Source: a virus
IMG/VR virus record: IMGVR_UViG_3300042327_000544
Location: 22,980 to 86,979 of that record
DNA: 64,000 nt
Reading direction: 5' to 3' (one strand)
Part shown: positions 20,753 through 29,474 of the stretch, one piece after another
Position numbering within the stretch: position 1 is the stretch's first letter
How the letters are laid out: every line of letters starts with the position of its first letter
Made by a program: the position numbers and the translations under genes
Notes under the pieces: generated by a model
Databases searched by the model: none
What the model saw: only the letters and a program-made list of their open reading frames with translations
What the model was told of the DNA's origin: nothing

Positions 20753-22315
20753 TTAGACCGTTGTCCAGTGTGGCATTACCGTAATGTGTGGATACTGTGT
20801 TGTATTAGACATTGTATCAAATATGTAGTGCATTGTTGAGTTAAAGGGTTGAAGATCTCCACCATTGGCAACAACTGAGTTATCAGCTCTTCTACCATTT
20901 TCAAATGCTCCTTGTGGGTTTGCAATATAAAGATGTGGGCCAGGGCTGTCTCCATTTTGTGCTGAGTAGCACATTATAAATGAGCTTTCTCCAAACGGTA
21001 CAGGAGAGACTCCATTAGCACCATCGGTATTTCTCCAGTGGTAATACTTTGTTGGGTCTGCTGTATTAATGCAATGTAAATTAATTCCGCCGTGGTAGTA
21101 GTAGTATGGGGCATATGCTATTAACCATTGATTATCCCATGAAATGTTTGTTCTAATTCCTGCGCCATCTCTTTGATCAATTCCATAAGAGGTGGTGTTT
21201 GCTAAGTTTGATCCGCTATCTGTAAATGCTCCAGTTCCTGAAACTCCTGGAGTTCCTGGGTTTGTTGGAATATACCATCCATATTGCTGAGCATTTCCTT
21301 GCTGAGAGTTTCTTGAAAAACCAATTGTTCCATTATCACCCATTGTAAGTCTCATTACATAAGAAGGCTCTGCTTGTGTTGAACCAGCAGATGACCAAGT
21401 AAAATCATAAAATGAATAGCTTGCTGTTGTTCCAGAAGGTCCTGCCGCTTTTGCTTCTAATAGGAATAGGTTTAAGTCTCCTGCAGCATAATTCCATGAG
21501 TTTAAACTTCTGCCTAGATTTGTGTTCTTCCAAACGTGCAATCTAATTTGATTTGCTGTGTTTGATTCTGCAACTGCTAAGGTTTTTGTTCTATCATTGT
21601 AAGAAGACATTCCACGGTTTGTACGTCCCGCCCAAGTTGCGTAGGCAGCATTGTTAAGGTTTACTTGATCAATATAACCATGTACTTGACCTCTTAATCT
21701 TATTTGAAAAGTTGAGTCGTTACTGTAGTGATTTAAACGCTCTCTAACTCCACGAACACCAATAATTGTTCCGCTTCTTGAAGTAAACTGACCCCACTGG
21801 TCTTGTCTATTCATTTGAGTATTTCCATAATTGCCAAAGACCTGTAAGCTATATAGCATGTTGCCTTCATGGCCGTTCATGTTTGTTCCGCCACCTGAAT
21901 GTGTGCTCCAGTTATTAGTGGTTGGGTTACCGTTAGTGTATGTTTGGCCTCTAAAGTCTTCATACCAGTTGTTCATTCCGTTTAGATCAACATCTGTCCA
22001 TCCGCCTTGACGGTTGTTTAATCTGCTTGTAGCAACAACTTGAAAATCTGAATTGATTACTGAATATCCAGCTTTTCTAGAGTTGTCTTGATTTGTCCAA
22101 ATACCAAATAGAGGGTAAGGAGAAACTTCTGAGTTATCTCTTGAAGTAGCAGGGTTTGCAAGTTTTCCAACTAAGTTTGAGAACTGTGCTGGAATTGCAC
22201 TTTGTAGAGTTGCAATGGCAGCAGATGTTGTGTAGGCAATTGGTGCTACCGTATTGCTGATATTTGTTTCAAATCCAGGAATATAGACCTGAGTTGTAGT
22301 GGTATTTACTGCCAT
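20753..22315 (-). CDS. Putative virion appendage protein, tandem paralog 1
   Basis: Collinear with 19160..20743; Asn/Gly/Tyr/Trp-rich beta protein. Confidence 0.7.
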   Translation of the reverse strand: MAVNTTTTQVYIPGFETNISNTVAPIAYTTSAAIATLQSAIPAQFSNLVGKLANPATSRDNSEVSPYPLFGIWTNQDNSRKAGYSVINSDFQVVATSRLNNRQGGWTDVDLNGMNNWYEDFRGQTYTNGNPTTNNWSTHSGGGTNMNGHEGNMLYSLQVFGNYGNTQMNRQDQWGQFTSRSGTIIGVRGVRERLNHYSNDSTFQIRLRGQVHGYIDQVNLNNAAYATWAGRTNRGMSSYNDRTKTLAVAESNTANQIRLHVWKNTNLGRSLNSWNYAAGDLNLFLLEAKAAGPSGTTASYSFYDFTWSSAGSTQAEPSYVMRLTMGDNGTIGFSRNSQQGNAQQYGWYIPTNPGTPGVSGTGAFTDSGSNLANTTSYGIDQRDGAGIRTNISWDNQWLIAYAPYYYYHGGINLHCINTADPTKYYHWRNTDGANGVSPVPFGESSFIMCYSAQNGDSPGPHLYIANPQGAFENGRRADNSVVANGGDLQPFNSTMHYIFDTMSNTTQYPHITVMPHWTTV

Positions 22316-22340
22316 TGTAGTTCTCCCTTAAATAATAATA

Positions 22341-22658
22341 TTATACTTGTGTAATTTTTACGCCAGAGATAAATACTGAGATAGCATCTGCAGCATTCGC
22401 ACTGATTTGAATATTTTCTGCTGTGTTAAGAACTTGCTTAACATCAAGAACAACGATAGCACGAGGTGGGATATCTAGGCTCTTTACAAAGAACTTTCCT
22501 GCCATTCTCATTGTTACTGTTCTAGTAGCATCTGTTAGGTTATCAAATGTGATAGATGTAATAACATCGATCTGTGCTGCTGGTGTTGTGTATACTGATG
22601 TTTCTGATGCAGGTAGTGTATCTGCATAAAATCTGCTTGGTAAGCTTACTGTTGCCAT
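22341..22658 (-). CDS. Small beta-rich tail appendage protein
   Basis: Paralog of 16906..17232. Confidence 0.6.
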   Translation of the reverse strand: MATVSLPSRFYADTLPASETSVYTTPAAQIDVITSITFDNLTDATRTVTMRMAGKFFVKSLDIPPRAIVVLDVKQVLNTAENIQISANAADAISVFISGVKITQV

Positions 22659-22659
22659 A

Positions 22660-22992
22660 TTAAATTACTCCCATGTTTGTATAAATTGTGTAGTTATCTA
22701 TCGAAGATTGGATGGTAGCAACGTTTGCTGCTCCAGCCGAATTAACTGCAACGATCTGTGTAGACCCTGCTGTGTTAACTGTTGCAACAGCTCCAGAAGA
22801 AGCTGTCTGAATTTCTGTCACCTTCGATGATGTAGCAGAAACAATATCATTTACTCCTAGGAGGTTGCCCATTGACTCTAGAGCCTTTGCTAGAAAGACT
22901 AGGTCCTGAGAATTTAGAGTTGAACTCGACAGGGCTGTTACCTTTGTCTTAAAAAGATCAACTTGTGATGATAAACTTGAATAATCTGGCAT
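22660..22992 (-). CDS. Helical anchor/adaptor protein
   Basis: N-terminal ~55 aa strongly similar to 28801..29466 (MPDY..L..QV.LFKTKV.AL.S.TL...DLV.LA.AL). Confidence 0.65.
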   Translation of the reverse strand: MPDYSSLSSQVDLFKTKVTALSSSTLNSQDLVFLAKALESMGNLLGVNDIVSATSSKVTEIQTASSGAVATVNTAGSTQIVAVNSAGAANVATIQSSIDNYTIYTNMGVI

Positions 22993-23115
22993 TTTGTTCT
23001 CCTATGTATGAATTATAGCATAACTGTTTTTATTGTTTAGTACCCCGCCTTGCCTATAACACTCTTAATTATACCCCACCAACCTTCTTTAGGCCAGTGG
23101 GGTACAGCAATTATT

Positions 23116-24066
23116 TTAGAGAATTCCTCCATAGTATAAGGTTATGCCCATCAAGACCACTGGGATCACCAAAGCAAAAATTGCCTTATAGTAATCTTTG
23201 AGAGGGGTTCTAAAGTAGCTCTTACCTACAACTAAACACTTGTGTGCTGGAGACAACATATATCCTGCGTAGTCAACTGCAAAGAATAGCGGCAAAGTTT
23301 CTATGCCAAATACTCCTACTGAGAGGACGACAAATCCAGCAAACTTGCTAGAACTTCCCAAGGCAAAACTTGCCAAGAATCCAGCAAAGGCAACTAGGAT
23401 CAATAAATTATTTTTGTGTGCGCCTTCTATCCATGCATTTATGGTGTCAAAATTAGCCTTGACAATATTGCTCAAGATAATGACAATGCCAGTAAAAAGA
23501 AGAACTCTAGCGTAGTCAATCAACTGCTTACGGTCACGCTTTGCGTCTGCTTCAATTTGAGCAGGCTGCTTATCCTTTTTCTTCAAAGCCTTTTCTGGAA
23601 TATTAATTTCAATATCATCTTCTTTTAGAATTCTAAATATATAGAATAAAATAACAATGACGGCTGTAGCAAGCAATGGCCAAACTCTACCCATTAGCTC
23701 CCAATAACTAATACTTAGTGCCGCCATTGGAAGAAGAACTGTTGCTTCTAGCGGAGACCAAAAATAAAAATGATGCGTGGAAAGGTAATCGATGATTCCA
23801 TAATTTTTACGCTTCTTTTGATCTTCTGGGGCAATTGTATCTAGGGCTCCAGCCGAGATGGCAACACGCCCTGAAATGGGCAGAACTCCAGAGAACATTG
23901 ATATTAGAGCAACTACTGCTCTCTTAGACTTAACTGTTCTAGAGATCCAGCTATAAAATGGCAAAAAGACTTGAGTCTTTTTTGCGGCAAATGACAGCCC
24001 CATTACCGAAGCCAGTAATATCAAGAACTGTTGATTGTTTGTAATTAAACTACTTGTTATTTCCAT
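23116..24066 (-). CDS. Multi-pass membrane permease, DUF401-like (ion transporter superfamily)
   Basis: About 8 hydrophobic segments; GVLPISG, HHFYFWSPL, GYMLSPAHKCLV..SYF motifs. Confidence 0.65.
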   Translation of the reverse strand: MEITSSLITNNQQFLILLASVMGLSFAAKKTQVFLPFYSWISRTVKSKRAVVALISMFSGVLPISGRVAISAGALDTIAPEDQKKRKNYGIIDYLSTHHFYFWSPLEATVLLPMAALSISYWELMGRVWPLLATAVIVILFYIFRILKEDDIEINIPEKALKKKDKQPAQIEADAKRDRKQLIDYARVLLFTGIVIILSNIVKANFDTINAWIEGAHKNNLLILVAFAGFLASFALGSSSKFAGFVVLSVGVFGIETLPLFFAVDYAGYMLSPAHKCLVVGKSYFRTPLKDYYKAIFALVIPVVLMGITLYYGGIL

Positions 24067-25708
24067 TGCTTTCCACCACTGCTATGTAAAGTCCGTTCCA
24101 CCAATCGGATTCGGATTCTAATGAATTTAATACTTTCTTACTATACAATATTTTTAATCCTGATTCAAGTATCCCCTTGTGGGCACCTTTTACAACATCC
24201 GTCCAGTTTGCGTCATCGAATATTAAAATAGACTGTCTGGCAAAAGTTGCGGAATAATACTTTACTGCATTTTTTGTAGACTCAAAATCGTGTGGTCCAT
24301 CATAAAAGAAAAGATCAATATCCGATATGGGCTTTAGGTTAACCTTAAACATATCTGAATTAGATATAAATACTTTATTATTACCTCTGTATGGATTAAT
24401 GTTTTTCTTAAACTCTTCTAGGGAATTGGTGTCTGGTGTTTCCCACCCTTCTCTTACGGCCTGTGGAGCCTCCTGCCAGGTGTCTACAAAGTATGCCTGC
24501 AAGTTATTACCACTCAATGCTGCAGCGGCTGTAGCACCCTGATAAGAACCAATTTCGAGGTATTTAGAAGAAGACTTAGCCAAACCATTTATCAATGACT
24601 GAACTCTAGTCGATGTTAAACCTGGTATATTAATTTCAATTGGGTTATTTACAGAATCAACTAATTGCTGTGCAACAATGGCGACCTTTGGACTAATATG
24701 ATTGCCATATTTTGCAGCCATTATTTTGTCACAATAACCACAATCCCAGCAATCAAATTTACAATTTTTGATCTTATTACGCCAGATGGCAATAGGCTTG
24801 TCAACCATATTAGTCTCTTCAATAAAATCATTAAAGCTATCAAATAAAATTTCTTCATTATTTGCATACCTCTTAATTATTTCCATGGTTTCTTTTAGCC
24901 TTGTATGAGACTCTCTTCCGTGCATCTTTATAACATCAATGCCTAGGTCGTCTATAAACTCCTGCCAGTCTTCACGCCATGGTGGAAAATTGGCTGTCTT
25001 TAAAGATACGGCAAAATCTTCGTGATCCCATTTAGGACAAGACACTCTGCTTATTGGGTCATTAAAATATTGAGGTCCGTCTGTTCTAGTATTATTAAAC
25101 TGATAATGCTCATCCATCATTACGCATCCGCCGTAGCACCCTTCATTGGCAAGCAAGGATATCTTAACGCCGAACTGAGATTTAGCTTTTTTAAAACGCT
25201 TTAGCTTCTCGTGATCACGCATTAAATCTCTATCAAGATTAATATAATCAAATCCAGCTTTTGCAAGGTGCTCTATGTCCCTTGGCTCTGACACATTTCT
25301 GAGAATGGTATTTTTTACAAATAGATCTGGAAATGCCTTTTTTATTTGTCCTGTTGCCATCCAGTGTGTATGAGGTATTGTTGCTGACTTAATACCCGAA
25401 TCGTATACGGGTCTAAAGTTTTCTATAAACAAATCTAAATTCTGTTGAGAGGGTCTAACTTGTATATTATTAAAAACGGCAGAAGCGGTTACCCCAGTCT
25501 CGTTTTGAATATGTAGGGCCAGGCCTATAAGATAATTATGGTCTTCTTCTCCGCCGTTAAATACATCACCCATGGCGTCTTGGTCAAAAGGAGATACCCT
25601 ACAGGTAAAATAAAAGTCATATATAAATGACTTATATTCTTTTAGAAAAGAAATAAACTCATTTAGCTGATTTTCAGTTAGCTTGGGGTTTAGTGGTACG
25701 CTAAACAT
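24050..25708 (-). CDS. Peptidase-U32-family (Fe-S) domain fused to class I SAM methyltransferase
   Basis: INLDRD, LLANEGCYGGC, VSCPKW, DVIKMHGRE, CKFDCWDCGYC; then YLEIGSYQGAT, DLFFYDGPH, LIFDDANW (Methyltransf_24-like). Confidence 0.75.
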   Translation of the reverse strand: MFSVPLNPKLTENQLNEFISFLKEYKSFIYDFYFTCRVSPFDQDAMGDVFNGGEEDHNYLIGLALHIQNETGVTASAVFNNIQVRPSQQNLDLFIENFRPVYDSGIKSATIPHTHWMATGQIKKAFPDLFVKNTILRNVSEPRDIEHLAKAGFDYINLDRDLMRDHEKLKRFKKAKSQFGVKISLLANEGCYGGCVMMDEHYQFNNTRTDGPQYFNDPISRVSCPKWDHEDFAVSLKTANFPPWREDWQEFIDDLGIDVIKMHGRESHTRLKETMEIIKRYANNEEILFDSFNDFIEETNMVDKPIAIWRNKIKNCKFDCWDCGYCDKIMAAKYGNHISPKVAIVAQQLVDSVNNPIEINIPGLTSTRVQSLINGLAKSSSKYLEIGSYQGATAAAALSGNNLQAYFVDTWQEAPQAVREGWETPDTNSLEEFKKNINPYRGNNKVFISNSDMFKVNLKPISDIDLFFYDGPHDFESTKNAVKYYSATFARQSILIFDDANWTDVVKGAHKGILESGLKILYSKKVLNSLESESDWWNGLYIAVVESNGNNK

Positions 25709-25713
25709 TTATC

Positions 25714-26271
25714 CTACAAATCTATTTTTGATAAAGTATCCGCATCATAATGAACGCCAAAATGATTATTTAATAGTATACCAGCTTCTACCCAATCTTG
25801 GCAAGAGATGATCTTTTGATAGATTTCATTCTTTTTATTTAAATGAAACTTTTCACATTTATAGTCGTCCTGCTTTAAAAACTCTGGTGTAGATTTTAAT
25901 AACAAAAGTTTATTTGAATAGTATTTTTCTAGCATGAATATCATTGCAGCTTTTTGAAAAAGACAGGCGTTTTTCTTATCTTCTTCTGTCAAGACATATT
26001 TAAACTTTTCCCCTACTTGCTCAAAAGGGCCTTCTCCTAGCTGAGCCTTGTGCAAAGTGTTATCTCTAAGCTTTATATAGCCTTTGTACTTCCCAACAAA
26101 TTGGTATGCCAGCGCAACCTCTTTTGGAACAACAACTAAATTAGGTAGCTTTAGATAAAGCATTTGCTTTTCATCAACCGACCCAATCAGTAGATTACTC
26201 CATTCTCCTATATGCTGAATATAGTTATTACGATCCGTCTTATCTTCTGGATCAAATAAAAAATATATCAT
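25714..26271 (-). CDS. Hypothetical protein
   Basis: Operon-coupled ORF. Confidence 0.65.
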   Translation of the reverse strand: MIYFLFDPEDKTDRNNYIQHIGEWSNLLIGSVDEKQMLYLKLPNLVVVPKEVALAYQFVGKYKGYIKLRDNTLHKAQLGEGPFEQVGEKFKYVLTEEDKKNACLFQKAAMIFMLEKYYSNKLLLLKSTPEFLKQDDYKCEKFHLNKKNEIYQKIISCQDWVEAGILLNNHFGVHYDADTLSKIDL

Positions 26272-26999
26272 TGAATTTCTTCCCAGAGTCCATTCTCTGA
26301 ATCGGCAAGCTCTAATCTTTTTCTTGTCTCTATTTGCAATGCATCTAGGTGTTTATTTGTTTCTATAGCTTTAACAACTGCAGTTTCAAGAGCTATTTCT
26401 CTAACTTCTTTTGGCAATTGATCAATGGCCTCCATGTTTCCGCCATTAACTCTTCCATAAAACATTAAGTCGTAAGCTGCTTGCGCTCCTAGTCTAATTC
26501 CCCAAAGCTCTGCCTCAAGCCTTTCTTCTTCATCATGATCTCCAATTATATCCATAATCAGTCTACCGTCAGAAAGTCTACCCTCATCAGAAGAGTTAAA
26601 TTTATCTATTAGCATCATATACTTATCTCGTTCTTCGTATACTAAGCTGACACTATTTTTTTGATTTAACAGAACTCTTTCTTTTTCTTTAATATTAAGC
26701 TCATGAATTTTAATTTCTGTAGGAGAAGTAGAAGTGCTAATTCTTTCTTTTTCTAAATCAATTTCTAGTCTAGTTCTTTCTATTTTAAGCTCTTGCTCTA
26801 CAATCGTATTCTCTCTTGCTCCTAGCTCAAGCAAAAGCTGTCTAAGTTTTCCAAATGGAGTAAATTGCGCTCCACCAACAAAATTATCTATTTTAAATAC
26901 TGGCACCCCCCAATGTCTATTTGTAGCATAAAGAAGAATATCTTTTTGTGATTTTGTATAGCCAGAAACATCCGACGTTATATCGTTTATATATCTCAT
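26268..26999 (-). CDS. Coiled-coil hypothetical protein
   Basis: TPFGKLRQLLLEL followed by a Glu/Lys/Arg heptad region. Confidence 0.7.
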   Translation of the reverse strand: MRYINDITSDVSGYTKSQKDILLYATNRHWGVPVFKIDNFVGGAQFTPFGKLRQLLLELGARENTIVEQELKIERTRLEIDLEKERISTSTSPTEIKIHELNIKEKERVLLNQKNSVSLVYEERDKYMMLIDKFNSSDEGRLSDGRLIMDIIGDHDEEERLEAELWGIRLGAQAAYDLMFYGRVNGGNMEAIDQLPKEVREIALETAVVKAIETNKHLDALQIETRKRLELADSENGLWEEIQ

Positions 27000-27014
27000 T
27001 TTATTACCTATCTA

Positions 27015-27935
27015 TTAAGAACGTTGTGCTGAGTAGCCAGAACTTCTTCCTGGAACTCCCTTAGACTGCATTGATCCTCCGCCTTCAAAGCCAGAATCTG
27101 TAGCGTAGTTAAATCTCCAAGATCTGTTATTTTGCTCTCCGTTATAGTTTCCAAGCATGTATTGCCATGCTTGTCCCATATCAAAATTTTCTTCACCACA
27201 ATTTGTAATTGGCTTTCCAACTAATCCTATATTTGTTTCAGTAGCAACGCTAAATCTTCTTAAGTTGTTTCCACCTGCATAGTTACCCTCATTACCTGCG
27301 TATAGAGTAGTTAACTTTGAAGAAATTCCTTTTTGTTGTCCGTGAACGCCATTGCAAGGTGATGCAGCTTGAGTTTCTGTTGCAAAAGTTAATTTAACAC
27401 CATTATCATCTCCATAGTGAAAACCTTTTGTTTCATGATAAAAAGATGACATTGTTTGAGTGTTGGATCCAAAGCTTTTGCCAAGTGAACTCATCCAAGA
27501 CTGTGTTGTGAAATTAAACTTCATAATTGCTGCTACACCTACTTCGCCTGGTGCACCATATGCGTACAGTTGCTCTTGATGCATAATTGTTCCTGAATTT
27601 CCTACTGCATATGGGGCGGAAGGACCAACAATTGATGTGTTTGTTCTCATATTGTAACGATTGGTTTGCGAGCTTGATCCTCCAACTTGATTATTGGCTT
27701 TAAGAAGATAGGCAAATGTATCATCACACATTCCACCAGGATATCCACTAGAGTTATTTAGCGGACCACCCAAATCAACTGTTGTATCAGTTGAGTGTGT
27801 TACTTCGTTAACGCTTGTCCATGGCGAACTGTTTCTATATCCAGCAAGCACGTAACCCTTTGTAATAACCTGTCTCAAAAGAAATGCTACGGGCCCACCT
27901 GAACCAGACATATATCTATTTTGCGGAAATGGCAT
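27015..27935 (-). CDS. Kelch-like beta-propeller protein
   Basis: Repeated blades: GYVLAGY..HSTDT, RYNMRTNT, KFNFTTQS, RFSVATET, RFNYATDS. Confidence 0.65.
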   Translation of the reverse strand: MPFPQNRYMSGSGGPVAFLLRQVITKGYVLAGYRNSSPWTSVNEVTHSTDTTVDLGGPLNNSSGYPGGMCDDTFAYLLKANNQVGGSSSQTNRYNMRTNTSIVGPSAPYAVGNSGTIMHQEQLYAYGAPGEVGVAAIMKFNFTTQSWMSSLGKSFGSNTQTMSSFYHETKGFHYGDDNGVKLTFATETQAASPCNGVHGQQKGISSKLTTLYAGNEGNYAGGNNLRRFSVATETNIGLVGKPITNCGEENFDMGQAWQYMLGNYNGEQNNRSWRFNYATDSGFEGGGSMQSKGVPGRSSGYSAQRS

Positions 27936-28436
27936 TTAAACCTCCACAGTATATTTTAGTTTGACTGAAGCAATTCCTAATGTGGGCCATGTGATATTAA
28001 ATGGGTTTGTTTGTTCTGTAATATCTCTTAAAGATTGTCTATATGCAATAATCTTTTCTTGATCTGAATCTGAAAAAGAAGAAAATACATCTGGCATAAC
28101 TAAGTAGTCTGTTGCGGTAATAGTGTTATCTCTATGATATTTTACTAGATTCCACTGATTTGCTATTACTTCTGCTTTTTCTTCATTTGATAAATCAATA
28201 AGCACATATGAGCCTTTAACTTTTTTGCCAGTAAGGGCTCTTTCAAAAGAAACTTTCTTTTTAGTTGGATCGAATGATGGGGTTTCTGTTTCATCTTCAC
28301 ATATATACCAATTATCAAAGCCTTCAAGGTGTGATTCTAAAATTGGTGAAGGGAAATGTGTTGAAGGATACATCTCTCTTAGCTGTTGTTCATTTACAAT
28401 TTGAGTAATATGCTTATCAATAACTTGTGCGTACAT
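27936..28436 (-). CDS. Tail fibre assembly chaperone
   Basis: W..VKYHRD..I.ATDY...YRQSLRDIT.Q..PF.ITWP. Confidence 0.75.
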   Translation of the reverse strand: MYAQVIDKHITQIVNEQQLREMYPSTHFPSPILESHLEGFDNWYICEDETETPSFDPTKKKVSFERALTGKKVKGSYVLIDLSNEEKAEVIANQWNLVKYHRDNTITATDYLVMPDVFSSFSDSDQEKIIAYRQSLRDITEQTNPFNITWPTLGIASVKLKYTVEV

Positions 28437-28816
28437 TATCGTGAGTCCTTCATTGATATTGATCCTCGCCAGTTTGTTCCATTATCGTATGTAATAAATG
28501 TTATAACATCGATTCCTCCAGAAGTGAGGGCTGGGGCTGTAGCTCCTGGATATTTTGCATTTGCAAATGTTATTGTGTATGCTCCTCCGCCAGTTAATTG
28601 TAGAGAGAAAGAAACAACTCCAGTTGTCGGGGTATTGACAATAGTAAATGTTGTTGCTGCTGTTACTGTGCAAGTAAAGTCATTTGATAGGGCTAGGTCT
28701 AGATTGACTGCGCCTGAGCGAGAGCCAAGGTCTAGCCTTCCAGTCTTATATGTATTAAGAGATCCTACTTGGTCTCCGATAACATCGCTTAGTAGTGCCA
28801 TTACATTACTCTCCAT
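28436..28816 (-). CDS. Tail fibre beta-domain protein
   Basis: GGAYTITFA..APALTSGGIDVITFITYDNGTNWRG. Confidence 0.65.
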   Translation of the reverse strand: MESNVMALLSDVIGDQVGSLNTYKTGRLDLGSRSGAVNLDLALSNDFTCTVTAATTFTIVNTPTTGVVSFSLQLTGGGAYTITFANAKYPGATAPALTSGGIDVITFITYDNGTNWRGSISMKDSR

Positions 28817-29466
28817 CCTTGAGCTGTATTTGAAAATACTAGAGTTGCAGCTTTGCTTTTTACGTTAAAGACTAGGTCTTCAGCTACACCTGCTATTAGG
28901 CTTCCGTTTCTTGCAATTGTAAAGTTTGTTGTCTGTGAAGTTCCTGCTGAATCTACAACAATAACTGTATCTCCAATTGAAGGAGCTGCTGGCAATGTAA
29001 CAACAAGACCTGCTGCTGGTGTTACAAGAAGTCTATCTCCTCTAACTGCTGTATATGAAGAAGTTATATTTACCCAAGTATTTGGGATCTTTCCAGCAAC
29101 TAGGGAAGATAATCCTGTAACCGTTGAAGCAAGAGCGGAAATTTCTCCCCCAGCTGTGCTTACATAGTTTTCAGTTGCATATATTCTTGTCTCGTGATCA
29201 GCAATATCGGCTTCAGCGTCAGTAATTCTTTGTCCGTTAACTGAGCTGTTAATTGATGTAATAGCTGCATCTCTTGCCGCATTAATAGCAGCGATTCTTT
29301 CGGTTGTAATTGAAAGAATATCGTTAACGCCCATAGATTTTGCTAATGTATCAAGTGCTGAGGCCAGCAAAACTAGGTCGTTTGCGTCTAAAGTTGTGGA
29401 TGCAAGAGCGCTTACCTTTGTCTTAAATAGTTCAACCTGAGTTTGCAGTGTTGTATAATCTGGCAT
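28801..29466 (-). CDS. Tail fibre/anchor protein
   Basis: Shared N-terminus with 22660..22992, coiled coil, then VTLPAAPSIGD..FTIARNG beta-domain. Confidence 0.7.
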   Translation of the reverse strand: MPDYTTLQTQVELFKTKVSALASTTLDANDLVLLASALDTLAKSMGVNDILSITTERIAAINAARDAAITSINSSVNGQRITDAEADIADHETRIYATENYVSTAGGEISALASTVTGLSSLVAGKIPNTWVNITSSYTAVRGDRLLVTPAAGLVVTLPAAPSIGDTVIVVDSAGTSQTTNFTIARNGSLIAGVAEDLVFNVKSKAATLVFSNTAQGWRVM

Positions 29467-29474
29467 TTTGTCTC

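Noticed and set aside
19160-22315. Diversity-generating retroelement TR/VR pair
   Set aside because: No reverse transcriptase in the window; differences are not adenine-restricted and span whole genes.
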